Of a stretch of 64,000 bases of DNA, positions 24,460 through 37,018 are shown piece after piece; within the stretch, counting starts at the first letter, position 1, and each line of letters starts with the position of its first letter. This DNA is from Podarcis muralis (lineage: Eukaryota), in assembly GCF_964188315.1 (NCBI RefSeq), contig NC_135663.1, positions 37,448,001-37,512,000 of the forward strand, read 5' to 3'. Both the position numbers and the translations under genes were made by a program. The notes below the pieces were generated by a model that saw only the letters and a program-made list of their open reading frames with translations, made no database searches and was not told where the DNA came from.

Positions 24460-25643
24460 TAATGAAATCTGGGACCCAAACAATTTTAGGCCTGTTTATG
24501 ACTCGCAGCTACTCAATTTGCCTTTGTACTAGATCCAATTATTATAATTTTCTCTATATTCTTAACACACAGCTAGGCTGCAAAAATGATATGGCTGCTT
24601 TATGATGTGTGTTGAATTCTATGCTGGTCTCTTTCAGTTTTTGTGCTGGCTTTTACAGATTTTAAGTATTTTGAATTTTGGATGTTTTAAAAGTTTTTAA
24701 CATGTAAGCAGTATTTGGTGGTGGTGATTTTTATACCTGTACACTGCATTGTTAAGAGTTTTTTTTACCTGAAAAGCAGTTTATACATTTATTATGTAAA
24801 CAAACAGTTCCAAATTTATTGGGGGACTAACACAGAAATATCATGGCTTGTCAAAGGTTAGCCTGTGAGTTAATGGCTGAGAAACAAAGTAAGATCTTCA
24901 ATCTCAAAACTTGTTCTTTTAATTATTGAGCCATCAGAACACAAACTGACACCTTCAGTATGGATACTACCACAAAAATATGAATATCAAAAAGGAACAT
25001 AAGATTCCTATTCTGAGGCAGAAAAAATGGTCTATCAAACTAAGTACTGTCTACTCTGAGCTCTCCATGGTCTCAGATCAAGGTCTTTTTCAGCACTGCT
25101 ACCTGAGCTCCTTTCCCAACTGGAGATTAAGCCTTGGAATTTCCACACATAAAACACCAAAGAGTTGCCTTCTTAACTTAGGACTCAATTGCAAATGGTT
25201 TGTCCCTAAGGCAATAATTTCACATTATACTCTATTTCATCTTGTTACACCTGTGGTGACCTTGTCCACAGCTGAACAACTGAACAATTAAATGCACAGT
25301 ACATAACCCCCATGTGGCCAGGCTCCTCCTCCGGCTAAGATTGAGGCCACATGGTTAAGATCATCTTTTTATATTATGAAGTCCCTAAACTGATGGGAGG
25401 GTGGGGCAAGATTTTGGTTTCACGAACTAGCCTTCTGAATGTTCTGAGTCATGGTGAGAGAATAATGTAGCGTTTGCTGCTTTGGCCTAATTTTTCTAGT
25501 GTTCCTAAGGACATGGTAACTGTAATCTCAACATGGATCACAAGACCAATTCATCATCCCCAAATCCCCTGAAATGTCAGATAAATGGATTTTGTGAATT
25601 TGACCTGGTAGCACCCATGTCCTGCTGTGGCAAATTACAAATA

Positions 25644-25852
25644 CAGTGGTACCTCGGGTTAAATACTTAATTCGTTCCAGAGGTCCGTTCTTAACCTGAA
25701 GCACCACTTTAGCTAATGGGGCCTCCTGCTGCCGCCACGCCACCGGAGCATGATTTCTGTTCTCATCCTGAAGCAAAGTTCTTAATCCGAGGGAATATTT
25801 CAGAGTTAGCGGAGTCTGTAACCTGAAGCGTATGTAACCTGAGGTACCACTG
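25644..25852 (+). mobile_element. Tigger-like MITE family B
   Basis: TA|CAGTGGTACCTCGGGTTA ... TAACCTGAGGTACCACTG|TA. Confidence 0.9.
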
Positions 25853-26310
25853 TATATGATGCACTCTGTGTGGACACTGACTAGATTCATTATGACAATA
25901 TTTCAGAATTTCCATTCATCGTTTTTGCAGCATGATGTAGGTTTATTCAGCGTTAAGTCCCATAAACCAATGAGACTTACTCCTAATTAAATATTCATAG
26001 TATTGCATCCTTAAACTGAGTGTCCTATTGTTGAAGTCATTACCGTAATAAAAACCTCCTTACAATTTTCCTTCCTTCTTCTGAGTAGGTTTTTACTCTC
26101 CGCCTAGCTGCCATTCCATCAAAACTATGTACTTTGTAGTCTCCATCTCCATTCCCCCAAACATCTTCCACGTACTCTTGGGAACACACATTTAATATGC
26201 TGCCCAGTGTTCTTATATCACATGCTGGGGTTCAACATAAGGAAATGGTAATACAGCTACATAAAATAATAGGCAAGTGTATACATAAGAATTAGCATTA
26301 TATTCTAAAG

Positions 26311-26439
26311 CAGGGGTAAGGAACCTGTGGTCCTCCATAAGTTGTTGTGTTTCAACTTCCATCAGCCCCAACCAGCATTTCTTATGGTCTGGGATAACAG
26401 CAAGTATACATCTGGAGAGCCACAGGTTTCCCATGCCTG
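26311..26439. mobile_element. Small hAT/Charlie-type MITE
   Basis: CAGGGGTAAGGAACCTGTGG ... CCACAGGTTTCCCATGCCTG, flanked by TCTAGA-like target sequence. Similar copies near 9.0, 12.1, 39.7, 51.4 and 63.2 kb. Confidence 0.65.
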
Positions 26440-28302
26440 CTCTAGATACACAATCAATATAGAACATAAGAAGAGTCTGAGAGAAAGAGGGAGAGGACTG
26501 CTGAGCTCATGTCCTGCCAATAGGCTTCCCATACGCATCTGGTTACTCCCTGTGGGAAGAGAATGTTGGGCTCCGTGGCTCTTTGGTCAGATCCTGCAGG
26601 GTTCTTACGATAGTGGCATGGCCCAACTGTATACAAAAGTCTTTTCAAAATTGTATACGAAAGTCTCTCTGAGACTCCACTGACTACGGTAGGTGTTCTT
26701 CACTAACAGGTTGGTGTAAGATTGCTACCTTTGACTTAGAAAATAGGATTTGAGTGGTCTGAACTAGAGATACTTGAAAAGCGCCTCGGGTGGCACTCTA
26801 ACAATGCAGGCTGTGATCATCAAATCCCTTTTAAGATTTCCTGCTTTCATGAAATGAACCCTACTCGAGTGATTTGTGGGTTTCCCTATTTGCATTTCCA
26901 CTATCATTTGTGGCAGGTATGAGAGTACAAACATGGAACTTCTGGCTTCCAATCTAGAGCTTAGAGTGCTCATCCAAGAGCGTGCATACATTATATGTTT
27001 GGGGATGTGATTTTCAAACTTTCTGAAAATGCCATCTCCTAATTTTATTAGACCTTCCAAGGTATTCAGCCTAAAAATTTAATTGAGCATGCTTATTTAC
27101 TTCCTTTATCCTCTTCACTATTATCTTCCTGCCTAGCATCTATGTATATACTCCCCACATATTATTTCTATCACTCACACACCAAGTCATATGTCCCTAT
27201 ATGGATTCTATGTACACCTGTATCATTTCATCTCCAACTAGGGCAAATTGGGCTGTAGAAAGCAGGCACCTGTGACCCCTTTGTTCCCTTTCAACCATTC
27301 CATGGGAACAACCTGCTTAGGGGGGGGGCGTTGGCAGTTGATAGACCTATTACTGATAAAGTATGCAAAATTATTTATATTCTCTTCTACTACTGGCTCC
27401 CCATATTTTGGGAGCCCATTGGGGCCCATTCCTAGCTTGAGATCCTGGTATAATATCAAGCAGATTTTCCAACAAAGTAGGGCAAGAAAAGAATAAGAAA
27501 GGACTTTCTATTATTATTTCAATTCCCTATCTACCTCTTGTGGTGCATCTTCTAGAAACACAAAAAAGCATACAAACGTTCTCATAAGGATTTCTGACAA
27601 AATACTACAAAACTTCTCTAAGGAGGATCAGCTGATAAAGCAATGATCCCAGGCAACAACTCAGGAATTTTTCCAAAACAAGTGTAGCATAGCTGTAAAG
27701 CAGGAAGGCTGTTTCAAAAATTTTACCCGTTATTAACTATCTGATCTTTGGCTAATGTTTGTCCCTGAACCTCAGCACCTGCCTCATCTTCAATACAGGG
27801 ATAATGATACTGACCTACCTTACAAGGTTATTGGAATGGTTATTGTGCTATATACAAAGCACACTATAAATGTCAACTATTATTTTCTAAAAACATTTTC
27901 CCATTTTTGGACACTTTTAAGATGTAAATTTATATTTAGAAACCAACAGTGGTTAAAAAAAAACCATGCCAACAGAGTTCTTATTTTTTTAAATGACACA
28001 TAGGCGTAGTGTTCTAGTATGTTGGTGAAATTCTGCCCCCCCCCCCAAAAAAATTAGCATTATCAAATGTCTTATTTCTTTTAAAAAATGTAGAAGACAG
28101 AATTAAAATACTGTAGAGATTTTGTAGAACTGAACGGTGAACTCCCCTAATAAATGACAGGCATGGCAGCATGTACAATCTTAACTGTACCACTGCTGTG
28201 TGTTGATCAAAGTTGGAGGTGCAGGTGACTATTATGGGCTGAGGAACTTTTGAGGCTTCTGAAAGTGGCCCCCCACCCCCTCAGTTACTGCCAGTCAGCA
28301 CC

Positions 28303-28342
<40 letters not shown>

Positions 28343-31300
28343 AAATTTTATTTGTATGCTGCCATGGGTGTGGCGGGGGGGGCAGCTCCCCCCAATCAAT
28401 AAAAACAGTAATACTTCACTAACTGAGGTTCGGCCTCCCCTAACAAAAGCCTGCCTGCCTAACATAAATCCTGGCCATGCCCATGCCCTTCCAGGCAGCT
28501 TACAACATATAAAACATAATTACAAACATAACAATAGTAGTCACAAACAATGAACAAAACATACACAGCCAAATGAAACAATTTCCACATGAACTGGAAG
28601 ATCTAAAAATAAAGGAACATACAATGAACATCAACAACATCAACAAAAACCTCAAAACTATACCTCAACCCAGTGCTATTTTTCTAGAAAAAGAGGCGCC
28701 AGAACTCACCACAAACACCTTCCTTGTTCTCTTACCACAACAATGGTGCCCACCTGAGAGTTGCCAGAACTGAGCTGTGGTGAGTTCTGGCTGAAAACAA
28801 GCCAGAATCTGTTCCACAGCATCAGCTTTTATAGCTGGAGTCAGTCAGGGCCCCACCCTCCCAGGCCCCCTAGGAAAGGACAGCAAGGCAGGGAGCAGGT
28901 CTTCCAGGACTCACAGCCAAGATGCTCTCTGGCCTTGATATCTTTCCTTTCCCATAAGGAGCATTGTTCTCTACCACCAGCCCTATTTTTCTTTCACAAT
29001 AACTCTGTGAGGTAGGTAAAAGGGAGGAAGTGATGAGGCCACCAGGCCCCATTTGCACTCTGCATTTAAAGCACTATCACACCACTTTAAACAGTTGTGG
29101 CTTCCCACAAAGAATCCTGGGTACTGTAGTTTGTTATGAGCGCTGAGAGTTGTTATGAGGCCCCTATTCCCCTCACAGTAGAGGTATCGGCTGTCAGACC
29201 ACTCTGAGAACTGTAGCACTGTGAGAGGCACCTTTAACAAACTACAATTCCCAGGATTCTTTGGGGGAGGCCACAACTGTTTGCACCAGTATGACAGTGG
29301 ACCTCATGGCAGTGTGGGGATTTGAACCTAGGTCTCCATGATCCTAGTTCAACACTCCAACCACTGCACCTCACCTGTTCTCAGGATAGCCCTGATGTAC
29401 ATAGGAAAGTGCTTACACAAACCTAACTGAGTCTTTGGGTCCTGTGGCCTCTACCACATTCTTGAAGTTATTTCTACAGTAATTATATTCTTGTTATTAA
29501 GTCCCTTTTTACATACTACAGTCTTCTCTTTTCCTATAATTAGATTATTTTAACTATCATAATTGTCAAGTTTATCCTGTATATAACTTTTCTCTCAATG
29601 AATGTAGTTAAAAATCAGATTCTATATCCCTGTTTTTCCCCAAGTTCCCAACAAGCAAATGGGCCTGCTGAAATTAACTTTTGTCATTTGCAGGTGGCAA
29701 CCACAATCAGTAAGGTGGTAGACAATACTATTTTTATTGCTCTGAAGTATCACAACTTTTCTGAGGTAAAACACTCAAGAAGAATAAGGTGACTAAGAAG
29801 CTAACAAAAGCCCAAACAGTGGAACAGTGGAAAAGGAGGGACTGTTATAAAACTACTTGTGAGCAAAGTCATATACAGTAATTATCACAGCGAAGTGCTC
29901 AGGGTTGAACTTAAAAGTAATCACATAGAAGCACATGGGCAAAGTTGGGAGGTGCAGCCCAATCCCAGACATATTTACTCAGAAGCAAGTCCTGCCAAGT
30001 TTACTGAGGCTTACTTTTAGGTAAGCAAGTTTAGGATTGTGGCCTTCATAACAAGCTCAGGACATGTGTAGCTACTACATTAGCACCCCGTTTTCCTACA
30101 GCAAGGCTGTTACTTGTTATGAAAGAATGCCAAAATATACAAGGCTCTCTTCAGAAAAAAGATCTTGCTTACACAGTGAACCAATTCTAGTATGACAGTG
30201 CTACAAGATGTGGTGTGTGCTGCTGTATACTCCATTAACATGTTATTAAGAATTACAGTAATAAGAGAACATGTAAGGACTTTCCTGTATAGCTGCATGG
30301 AAGGGAGGAGGGACAGAATTAATGTTGACACCTTATCATCCTAACACTATAATACCCTGCACTTTTCATACTGAACTACAGAAGAATTACGTTCTCTTAG
30401 AGGTGATACAATGCCTTGTACCCTTGTAGTCTTCACTGGACACAAACAGCATCACAAATGCTTGGTGTCAAATACATGTATTTTTATTCAAACGTCTCAT
30501 AGGCTTTAATAGCAGGTTTGCTTTTCTTTGATCAAAAGTACACACAAGGCCTAAAGCACCGTCCATTTACAGTGGTGTAGTGGTACACACACACCCTTCC
30601 CCCCCCAAGTCATACACATCAGAAAATCCTAAAAATACTTTAAAACTAAGCACCAACGCTTAAGAAATAGGGCACCACATTTTAAAAGCTGGAATTTTCA
30701 CAGCCCTCTTCCCTGACAGGCCACAGCACCTTGTAATATAATAAACACTAACTTCCCCTACAAACAGCTACAGCGAATGGGTAATAAAACTTGCAATCAT
30801 TTGGAGGGGAGAGGGGAAGAGAGACACACCAAGCCAACCCAAGTATAGCCACACAAGCAGCAAGGGAGATTCTTCCCTAGCGAGCTAAAATGGAGACAGA
30901 ATTTCATCTCTGCCCTAGAGAAACAGACAGAAAGGGCAGCAGCACCAGGTCTAGGTCAAGGTCACTAGCGGGGCAGTCTGCAGCTGCTTGCATAGCTGTC
31001 TTCAACCGCATAGACAACACGCTTCCCAAAACTCTCAGTTCAGACTTTCAATGCACACATACACAACAGGCTCTTCCGTTGGTTTTTTGGTTTTTTTAAA
31101 GAAGCCTCCACAAAACTCTCTGCGTGCTTTGAAAATGCCCATTTGCTCTTATACTGCACTTCATTGTATTTTAGGGCTGGGCGAACTTTCAATCAGAAGC
31201 CCTCCGAGATTTCTACATATGAAAATACATAATTTAAAACTGAAAGGTTACTGACCTTGCCCCCACCCCACCGCTCCCCCCCTTTTTTTTGAAGCAAGTG

Positions 31301-31379
31301 ACCCAAAGAAAAGCAATAGCAGTGGACGCAATTGTAGCCCATTTAGACATTCAGGAAACTCAATTGTGCAACCTCTCTG

Positions 31380-34300
31380 AACTAGCTTTTTAGGATAGGG
31401 AAACCTCAATATTCCAAAACCGAATCCACTAACGCGAGGGCGATTAGAAGGTGATGCGGGGGGGGGTGAGCTTAGAACAGTGCCGGGAGGGGCCCAATAG
31501 GGCGCCCTTCTCCCTCGGCTTTGCGCGGCAAGAGAAAGGAGCAACGTTGGTGCGCGCGATCCCTCCGGTGCCATTGGTGTCCCCACCTCTGCTACGGTTC
31601 ATGCGTGGCAGGCTGCTAGTGTGTGCTTGGGAGGGGAGGGGAGGGAAGAAGGCAGAGAGAAAGGATGAGGGCGGGAAGAAAAGTGGGAGGGGGAGGTCAG
31701 TCCTCTCTCCAAGACCCTTCCCCTGATAAACTATCGGAAAATTATGTATCTGTGGAGAGAGGGAAGTAATCGATCGCGCTCTTTTGTCTGAGGCTAGAGG
31801 AAAGGCGGCGGGGAGCCACCCCCACCCCCGCACACAAAAACACGCGCAAGGCACACACGCCATCCACGACAACCTTAGCCCTCTCTCCCTCTCCCTCCCT
31901 CCCCAGTGAACTTCAGGTGACCGACCATGGCTTTGACACATAAGCAGTTCAGCCCCGCCGACACTGAACCCGGGGGCAGAGCCAGGGAGGGGCCGGGCAA
32001 GCAAGCGGCGAGCAGAAGTGCCGGAGGCAGAGCGCAGGAAAATGACCCCTAAATCCACCCACGCCGCCCCCTCCGCCGCCGCCTTCCTTCCTCCTTTCTT
32101 TAGAGACACCAAGCCAACGCGAAGGCTTTTTTTTTTTTAAGACAAGACATATTATTTCTATATGTGTGTCCCCGCACACAAAACACACTTTTATTTCCTC
32201 CTCCTTCCAAGAGCGCCCGATCGCTTCTTGCTACCACAGGGAACCAGAAGAAAAAGTTAACTGCTTTGCAAAGAATTGAGGAGGAGGAGGAAAAATCGGG
32301 GGGGGGGGGAGCGGCGGGTTGGAGGTGGAAGAGGAAGAAGCGGGGTGGGAAAGGAGGGAGAGCGCGGGGTGAGCGGCTGTGTCAATGTGTGGTGTGTGCA
32401 TTGCCTGCAGGCTGTGGGAGGAGGAGGAGGAGGGCACTTTTCCGAGTCCTTCCTGCGCTCTGCTGCTCTGGTCTGGGGCAGCGGCGGCGCTGAAGCCTCC
32501 GACTCGCCCAGGCTCCATCTGACCCTGCATTTTATTGCAGCCGCGAGGAGAAGCCCCGAGCTCGCTTGCCGCCGCCGCCGCTCTGCAGGGACCTCGCATG
32601 CCACGATCTGCCTCCCGTGCCGTCCCCCACCCCCCAATATCATGCTCGCTTCTCCTCGGCGGCAGCGAAGCAGCAGCCCCGGATTCTCTCGTGTGTGTCT
32701 CTCTCGCTGTGTGTCCCCCCCCCCCCAACAACGCCGCCGCCACCCGCGCCGCTCCCTCCCTCGCCCTCCCCCGCCGCTCTTCGCCTCCTCCTCCCCGGCT
32801 CCGGGGCCGGCGAGCCCAGCCGCAACCTTTAGCCGGAGACGGACCTCGCGATTGATTCCGCGCAAGGCGCCAGCGAACCGCTTTCGTTTCCAATTGTGCA
32901 ACTCCCCACCCCAATAAGAATAACAGTAATAATAATAATAAAAAGAAGCCTCTTCCTTCCCCCCCCCCAACACATACACACACACATACACACACCCCAG
33001 CCATAAAGAGAGAAATCCATTCACACACAAATGCACAATCACAAGAAAGGGGAGGGAAGAGAGGACGAATAGAGCGAAGAAAGAGAGGGGAGGGAGGGAG
33101 AGGGGAGACACACACACACTCGCTCTCTCCGGCTCGCTCTCTCCCTCGCACACACACATACACACGCGCGCACACATGGAGGGGGAAAGAGGAAAAAAAT
33201 TAAAAGGGCACAAGGCTGTTCATCACCAACATGGCTGCCTTAGCTCAGACCTAAAAGAGGAATAACCCAGGCTGTGTCTTTGTCAGTTTCACCTCTGTAA
33301 CCCTAAACTAATGCACAAAACAACGGAGGAGGCTGCGGAGGGGAAGGAGGCAGGCAGAGACCGGGGGGTGGGGTGGGGGGAGAGAGAAAGAGAGAGGGGG
33401 CGAAGGAGAGAAGGGGGAAATGGGGGGGAGGGAGAGAGGGAGAGAAAAAAAAGGAGCACTTACGTGAAGAGAGGCGCTTGGGTTGCTCCTGCTTCCTCCT
33501 GGGCATTTTCCCCCCTTTTCACATTCTCCTCCTTGGTTTAATGGGGGATCAAATATATATTTTTTAAAAAGCCCAAAAGTGGGGCAGAGGCAGGCACAAA
33601 GCAGGGGCAAAGGGTGGCTGCCCAGCAAGGGCTGGTTTTCTTCTCCTGGGCAATGGGGGTGGGGGGGTTGAGAAGCTGCTTTTCCTGGAGCCAAGGAGAA
33701 GAGCCCCCCCGCCTCGCCTCTCTCCCCTTTTTCTTGCCCTTCCTCCCCCACCTTTTCTCTCTCTCTCTTCTTCTCTCCCCCCCTCCCCTCCCCTCCCCCG
33801 GTCGTGCACCTGGCTTGTCCCCGGTCGCAATATTCTTCAATAGAAATGGATCTAATGGGCGAGGGAGAGTGTGTGCTCATATGCGGTGTCAATAATGAGG
33901 GCTGGTGCGGCGGTGTCTATGGCTGCTCCCTGTGTGTCTCCAAGCCCCTAACTAACACTAATGCAGGGATCAAAGGGCAGCGGCGGCGGCGGCAGCAGTG
34001 CTCACAGCTCACACACAGGCTGGAGAAGGAGAGAGAGGCAGAGAGGCAGAGAGAGGAGACGAGACACACACGCACACACACACACGCACACAAGGCAGAG
34101 CAAAGAGGAAGGTGCCCCCAGGCTCCTAGGCTGTACTTTACGCACACACCGAATCGCGAGCGCTCCTCGTAGCGAGGTTCAAGGGGGGACAAAGGGGGCA
34201 GCCCCAGCAGGATGCAGCCCCATTTTCCTCTCAAAGACGGAGGGGGTGGGCAGGGGAAGTTTGGAGTTCTCCACATTAGCCGCGTTGATTGTTAAAATAA
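31380..34300. promoter_or_regulatory. CpG island, ZNF827 promoter, 5'UTR and proximal intron
   Basis: High GC with abundant undepleted CpG, CGG/GCG runs and GA/CT/CA tracts, against CpG-depleted flanks. Contains the first coding exon. Boundaries approximate. Confidence 0.85.
33464..33506 (-). CDS. ZNF827: ZNF827 first coding exon (43 nt, phase-1 donor), encoding the N-terminal NuRD-binding-type motif MPRRKQEQPKRL
   Basis: Minus strand reads AAA ATG CCC AGG AGG AAG CAG GAG CAA CCC AAG CGC CTC TCT TCA C|GTAAGT. The peptide matches the ZNF827 N-terminus as I recall it (human MPRRKQEQPKRLPSH). There is a consensus donor (plus strand ACTTAC 33458-33463) and the exon lies in a CpG island. Confidence 0.9.
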
Positions 34301-37018
34301 AACAGGGTGTTCTTAAAATTAATACTAAAGGTCAAGTTGGCGCGATTGAGAGTGGTTTTTTATGGGTAGGTTGAGATGACCTTAGTAACGGCATTAAAAA
34401 ATAATAATGTGTATTATTTGGGAGTTTAAAGAGGAACTCTTCTCTCCCCCCCTGCGCCCCCCCCGTTGATTAAACTAGAGGGTGAAATGAATTTTTTTTT
34501 AAAAAAAATAATCAAGTGGTGAGTAGCTGACTTGAATTATGGACAGTGTGCTATCCAAATGTGGAACACTTTAGGACGGCTTAAAACCGGGTTTCAGGGG
34601 CGAGGGAGAGGATCAGCATGAAAATCATAACTCCTTGATCTGGAGAATGGGAAGGGGAAGGGGGGAAGCAAGACTAGGTCACCCCTAATAGTTGGTTTTA
34701 ACTGCTACATGATGCCCCTACAGGGCTCGCAGTCATCCTGACTTATGAATTTGTACTTTATTCCTACAAAAATGCAGGTATGGGAAGCTTTATCTATAAG
34801 CATTTCCAAGATACATTATGAAGCCAGGGTTGTGGTTGTCATTAACTGATACCTGCTTTCATTACTGCACAAAAGCACACATCTTTCTTCAAAGATAAAC
34901 ATGAAGGGGGGGGGGGGAGAAAAAGAGAGAAAAGAGACTGGGGCTCAAAAGCACAAAAGGTACTCCGTGAAAGAGAAGTGCTCTTTTTGTGTGAGACTTG
35001 CAGTCATTTGGATAAAGGTTCACTCAGAGGTGGCTCGCGATTTAAACTCTTAAAACCTGTTAGTACAATTGGAGTGAAATGATTTGAAGCACAGTTGTTT
35101 CACAGAGCTTTTGCTTTGTGCGAAAAGAACAAAATCTTTGAACTTAGTAGAAGATGTAACATGAATTATGACTCAGAAGAAAAATAACTATTTTCAATGT
35201 ATTATTACGCTATGTGTTCCTCTTTTTTGTTTGCTTGCTATTGGCAATATTACTCATTTTAGTACTTTATATTTATTATTGCTGGCCATGAAACACTTGT
35301 TTTAGTTTAAAGGGAGAACAATGAGAGTATGCATTAAAGAGATTGACAGATACACACCAGCAGTCCATATTAAGGACTGTTTCAGACAGGTCAAAAATTG
35401 ATTATTTCACATGTCTAGCACCAAATGTACATAGTGTATACATTCACTGGGAGGCCCAAACCAAAACTGGTTTCTACTATGTGAGTGCTATCATCAAACA
35501 TGACCCTCCATAAGCAGATTACCTGCTCTTTATTCCTACGCAGAAATGCCATCTGTGTGGGAAGTTCATTTTTTGTGAAGGAGACCCAAGTTCAGTTAAA
35601 TTAAGCATGAACAGGTACTTGGAAGTTTGTATGCTCTTCAAGTGTAACAGAAGCAAATATTTCTTAAACATAAACTTATAATGTACACAAAGACGTTTTA
35701 TACACCCACAAGGATGCAAAAGCTCAGTATTCCATGGAAACTCCAGTGTGACAAAGAAACAGGATAGGGGCATGAATATAGGAGATGGTCCAGTCCTCAA
35801 TTGCTGGTATCACCAGAGGCAGTCTTAACCATCCTAATGTTATCCCTAATCACACACCCCCCTTTGCACTCTCACATATAAGTGAATGGGTCCATATAAG
35901 TTAATACTGTACATGGTACACATTTGTTTAAGGACCCTAAATAACAACAACAGACCTTGTGGGGGCTTAGCTTTCACTGCCTGGAATCCTACAGGAAAAT
36001 ATAAGGTGGTCTCTGCACCTTCTGTAAGACCCTGTCTGTTGCCCCCAAGTTGTTTTAGTATTCACCTTCTTTATCCATATACTACCTATCATAACAAATA
36101 GACATTTAGCTAGTACTTCATGTAATTTATCATCATGTCACACTATATAGACAATCCTGCACACATTTCCACCCCCCCCCCCCCCACATTTACAGGCACC
36201 TGATTACAGTGTCAGATTTATGTATAGGCTAAGTAGGCTGAAACCTAGGGCCTCTAAATGTTGGGGGCCTAGCCAACCCTCCCGCTCCCCAGCGGGCAGT
36301 CTCCCCTCTCCCAAAATTTATTTAGTTTTTTACAACCATTGCATGGTGGGATTGCAATGGAGGAAGATTATCTGAAAGGATAAAGATAACAGAATTTATC
36401 CAGGTTTTCTGGATGCCTTTGAGGAAACAAGTTTCACCACCCCTTTCCCCATGTGGCATCTCTACTAAGGTTATCATAGAACTGGTAGGGGAGATAGTGG
36501 TGTGATTTGTGGTGTCATAGCTCTTCTGGTACCTAAGCACAAGCAAGCCCAACATGCTTAAGCCCTCTAAATAGCCATCAGAATTCTCTTAGGCTGCTTA
36601 CTATCACTTCTGCTTCAGCCACGTCTAGTTAAATAGCAGTGAATAAATATACTTTGAGTCCCATGGCCTATAGGGATTCCTCAGAAATAGGTTTCAACAG
36701 CATTTGAGTAATTTAAATGTTTATATACCACTTTTCTTCTAGAAAAAAAATGCATTGTACTAGTTATTTGTGTAGTGAAGCCCTCAGAGTACATCTCAGT
36801 TCAACAACCTCACACAGAGGCCAATCTGTACTAAAACCTAGCAGAAAGTATTGGATGTACAAATGAGGATAGAATGGAATGAGGCAGAGAGATAAACTAA
36901 AGTGTTGCACAGAAGTGCAGTTTTTATTTTATACTGACATTGCACTTCTATGCCTGCATCATGCTGAGAATAAACTTTTTTTGAAATCAGTGGGACTTGC
37001 TTCTGGGCAAATACTTTT

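Larger units (their letters stand above)
1..33463 (-). other. ZNF827: ZNF827 intron 1 (continues beyond the left edge)
   Basis: Begins at the GTAAGT donor. No ORF in 1-33463 resembles the large ZNF827 exon 2. Confidence 0.75.

Noticed and set aside
26830-26860. FMKAGNLKRD resembling hepadnavirus polymerase WKAGILYKRE
   Set aside because: A single short match with no flanking terminal-protein motifs; consistent with chance.
33295-33312. TAACCCTAAAC as a telomerase RNA template
   Set aside because: No pseudoknot, CR4/5 or H/ACA context visible.
31444-34374. Many 100-318 aa ORFs across the CpG island
   Set aside because: Low-complexity, GC-rich stop depletion on both strands. Only the 43-nt exon has a recognisable peptide and a donor.
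32843-35042. Three AATCGCGAG sites suggesting BANP/ZBTB33-type TCTCGCGAGA elements
   Set aside because: Only about 7 of 10 bases match and such sites are expected in CpG-rich DNA.
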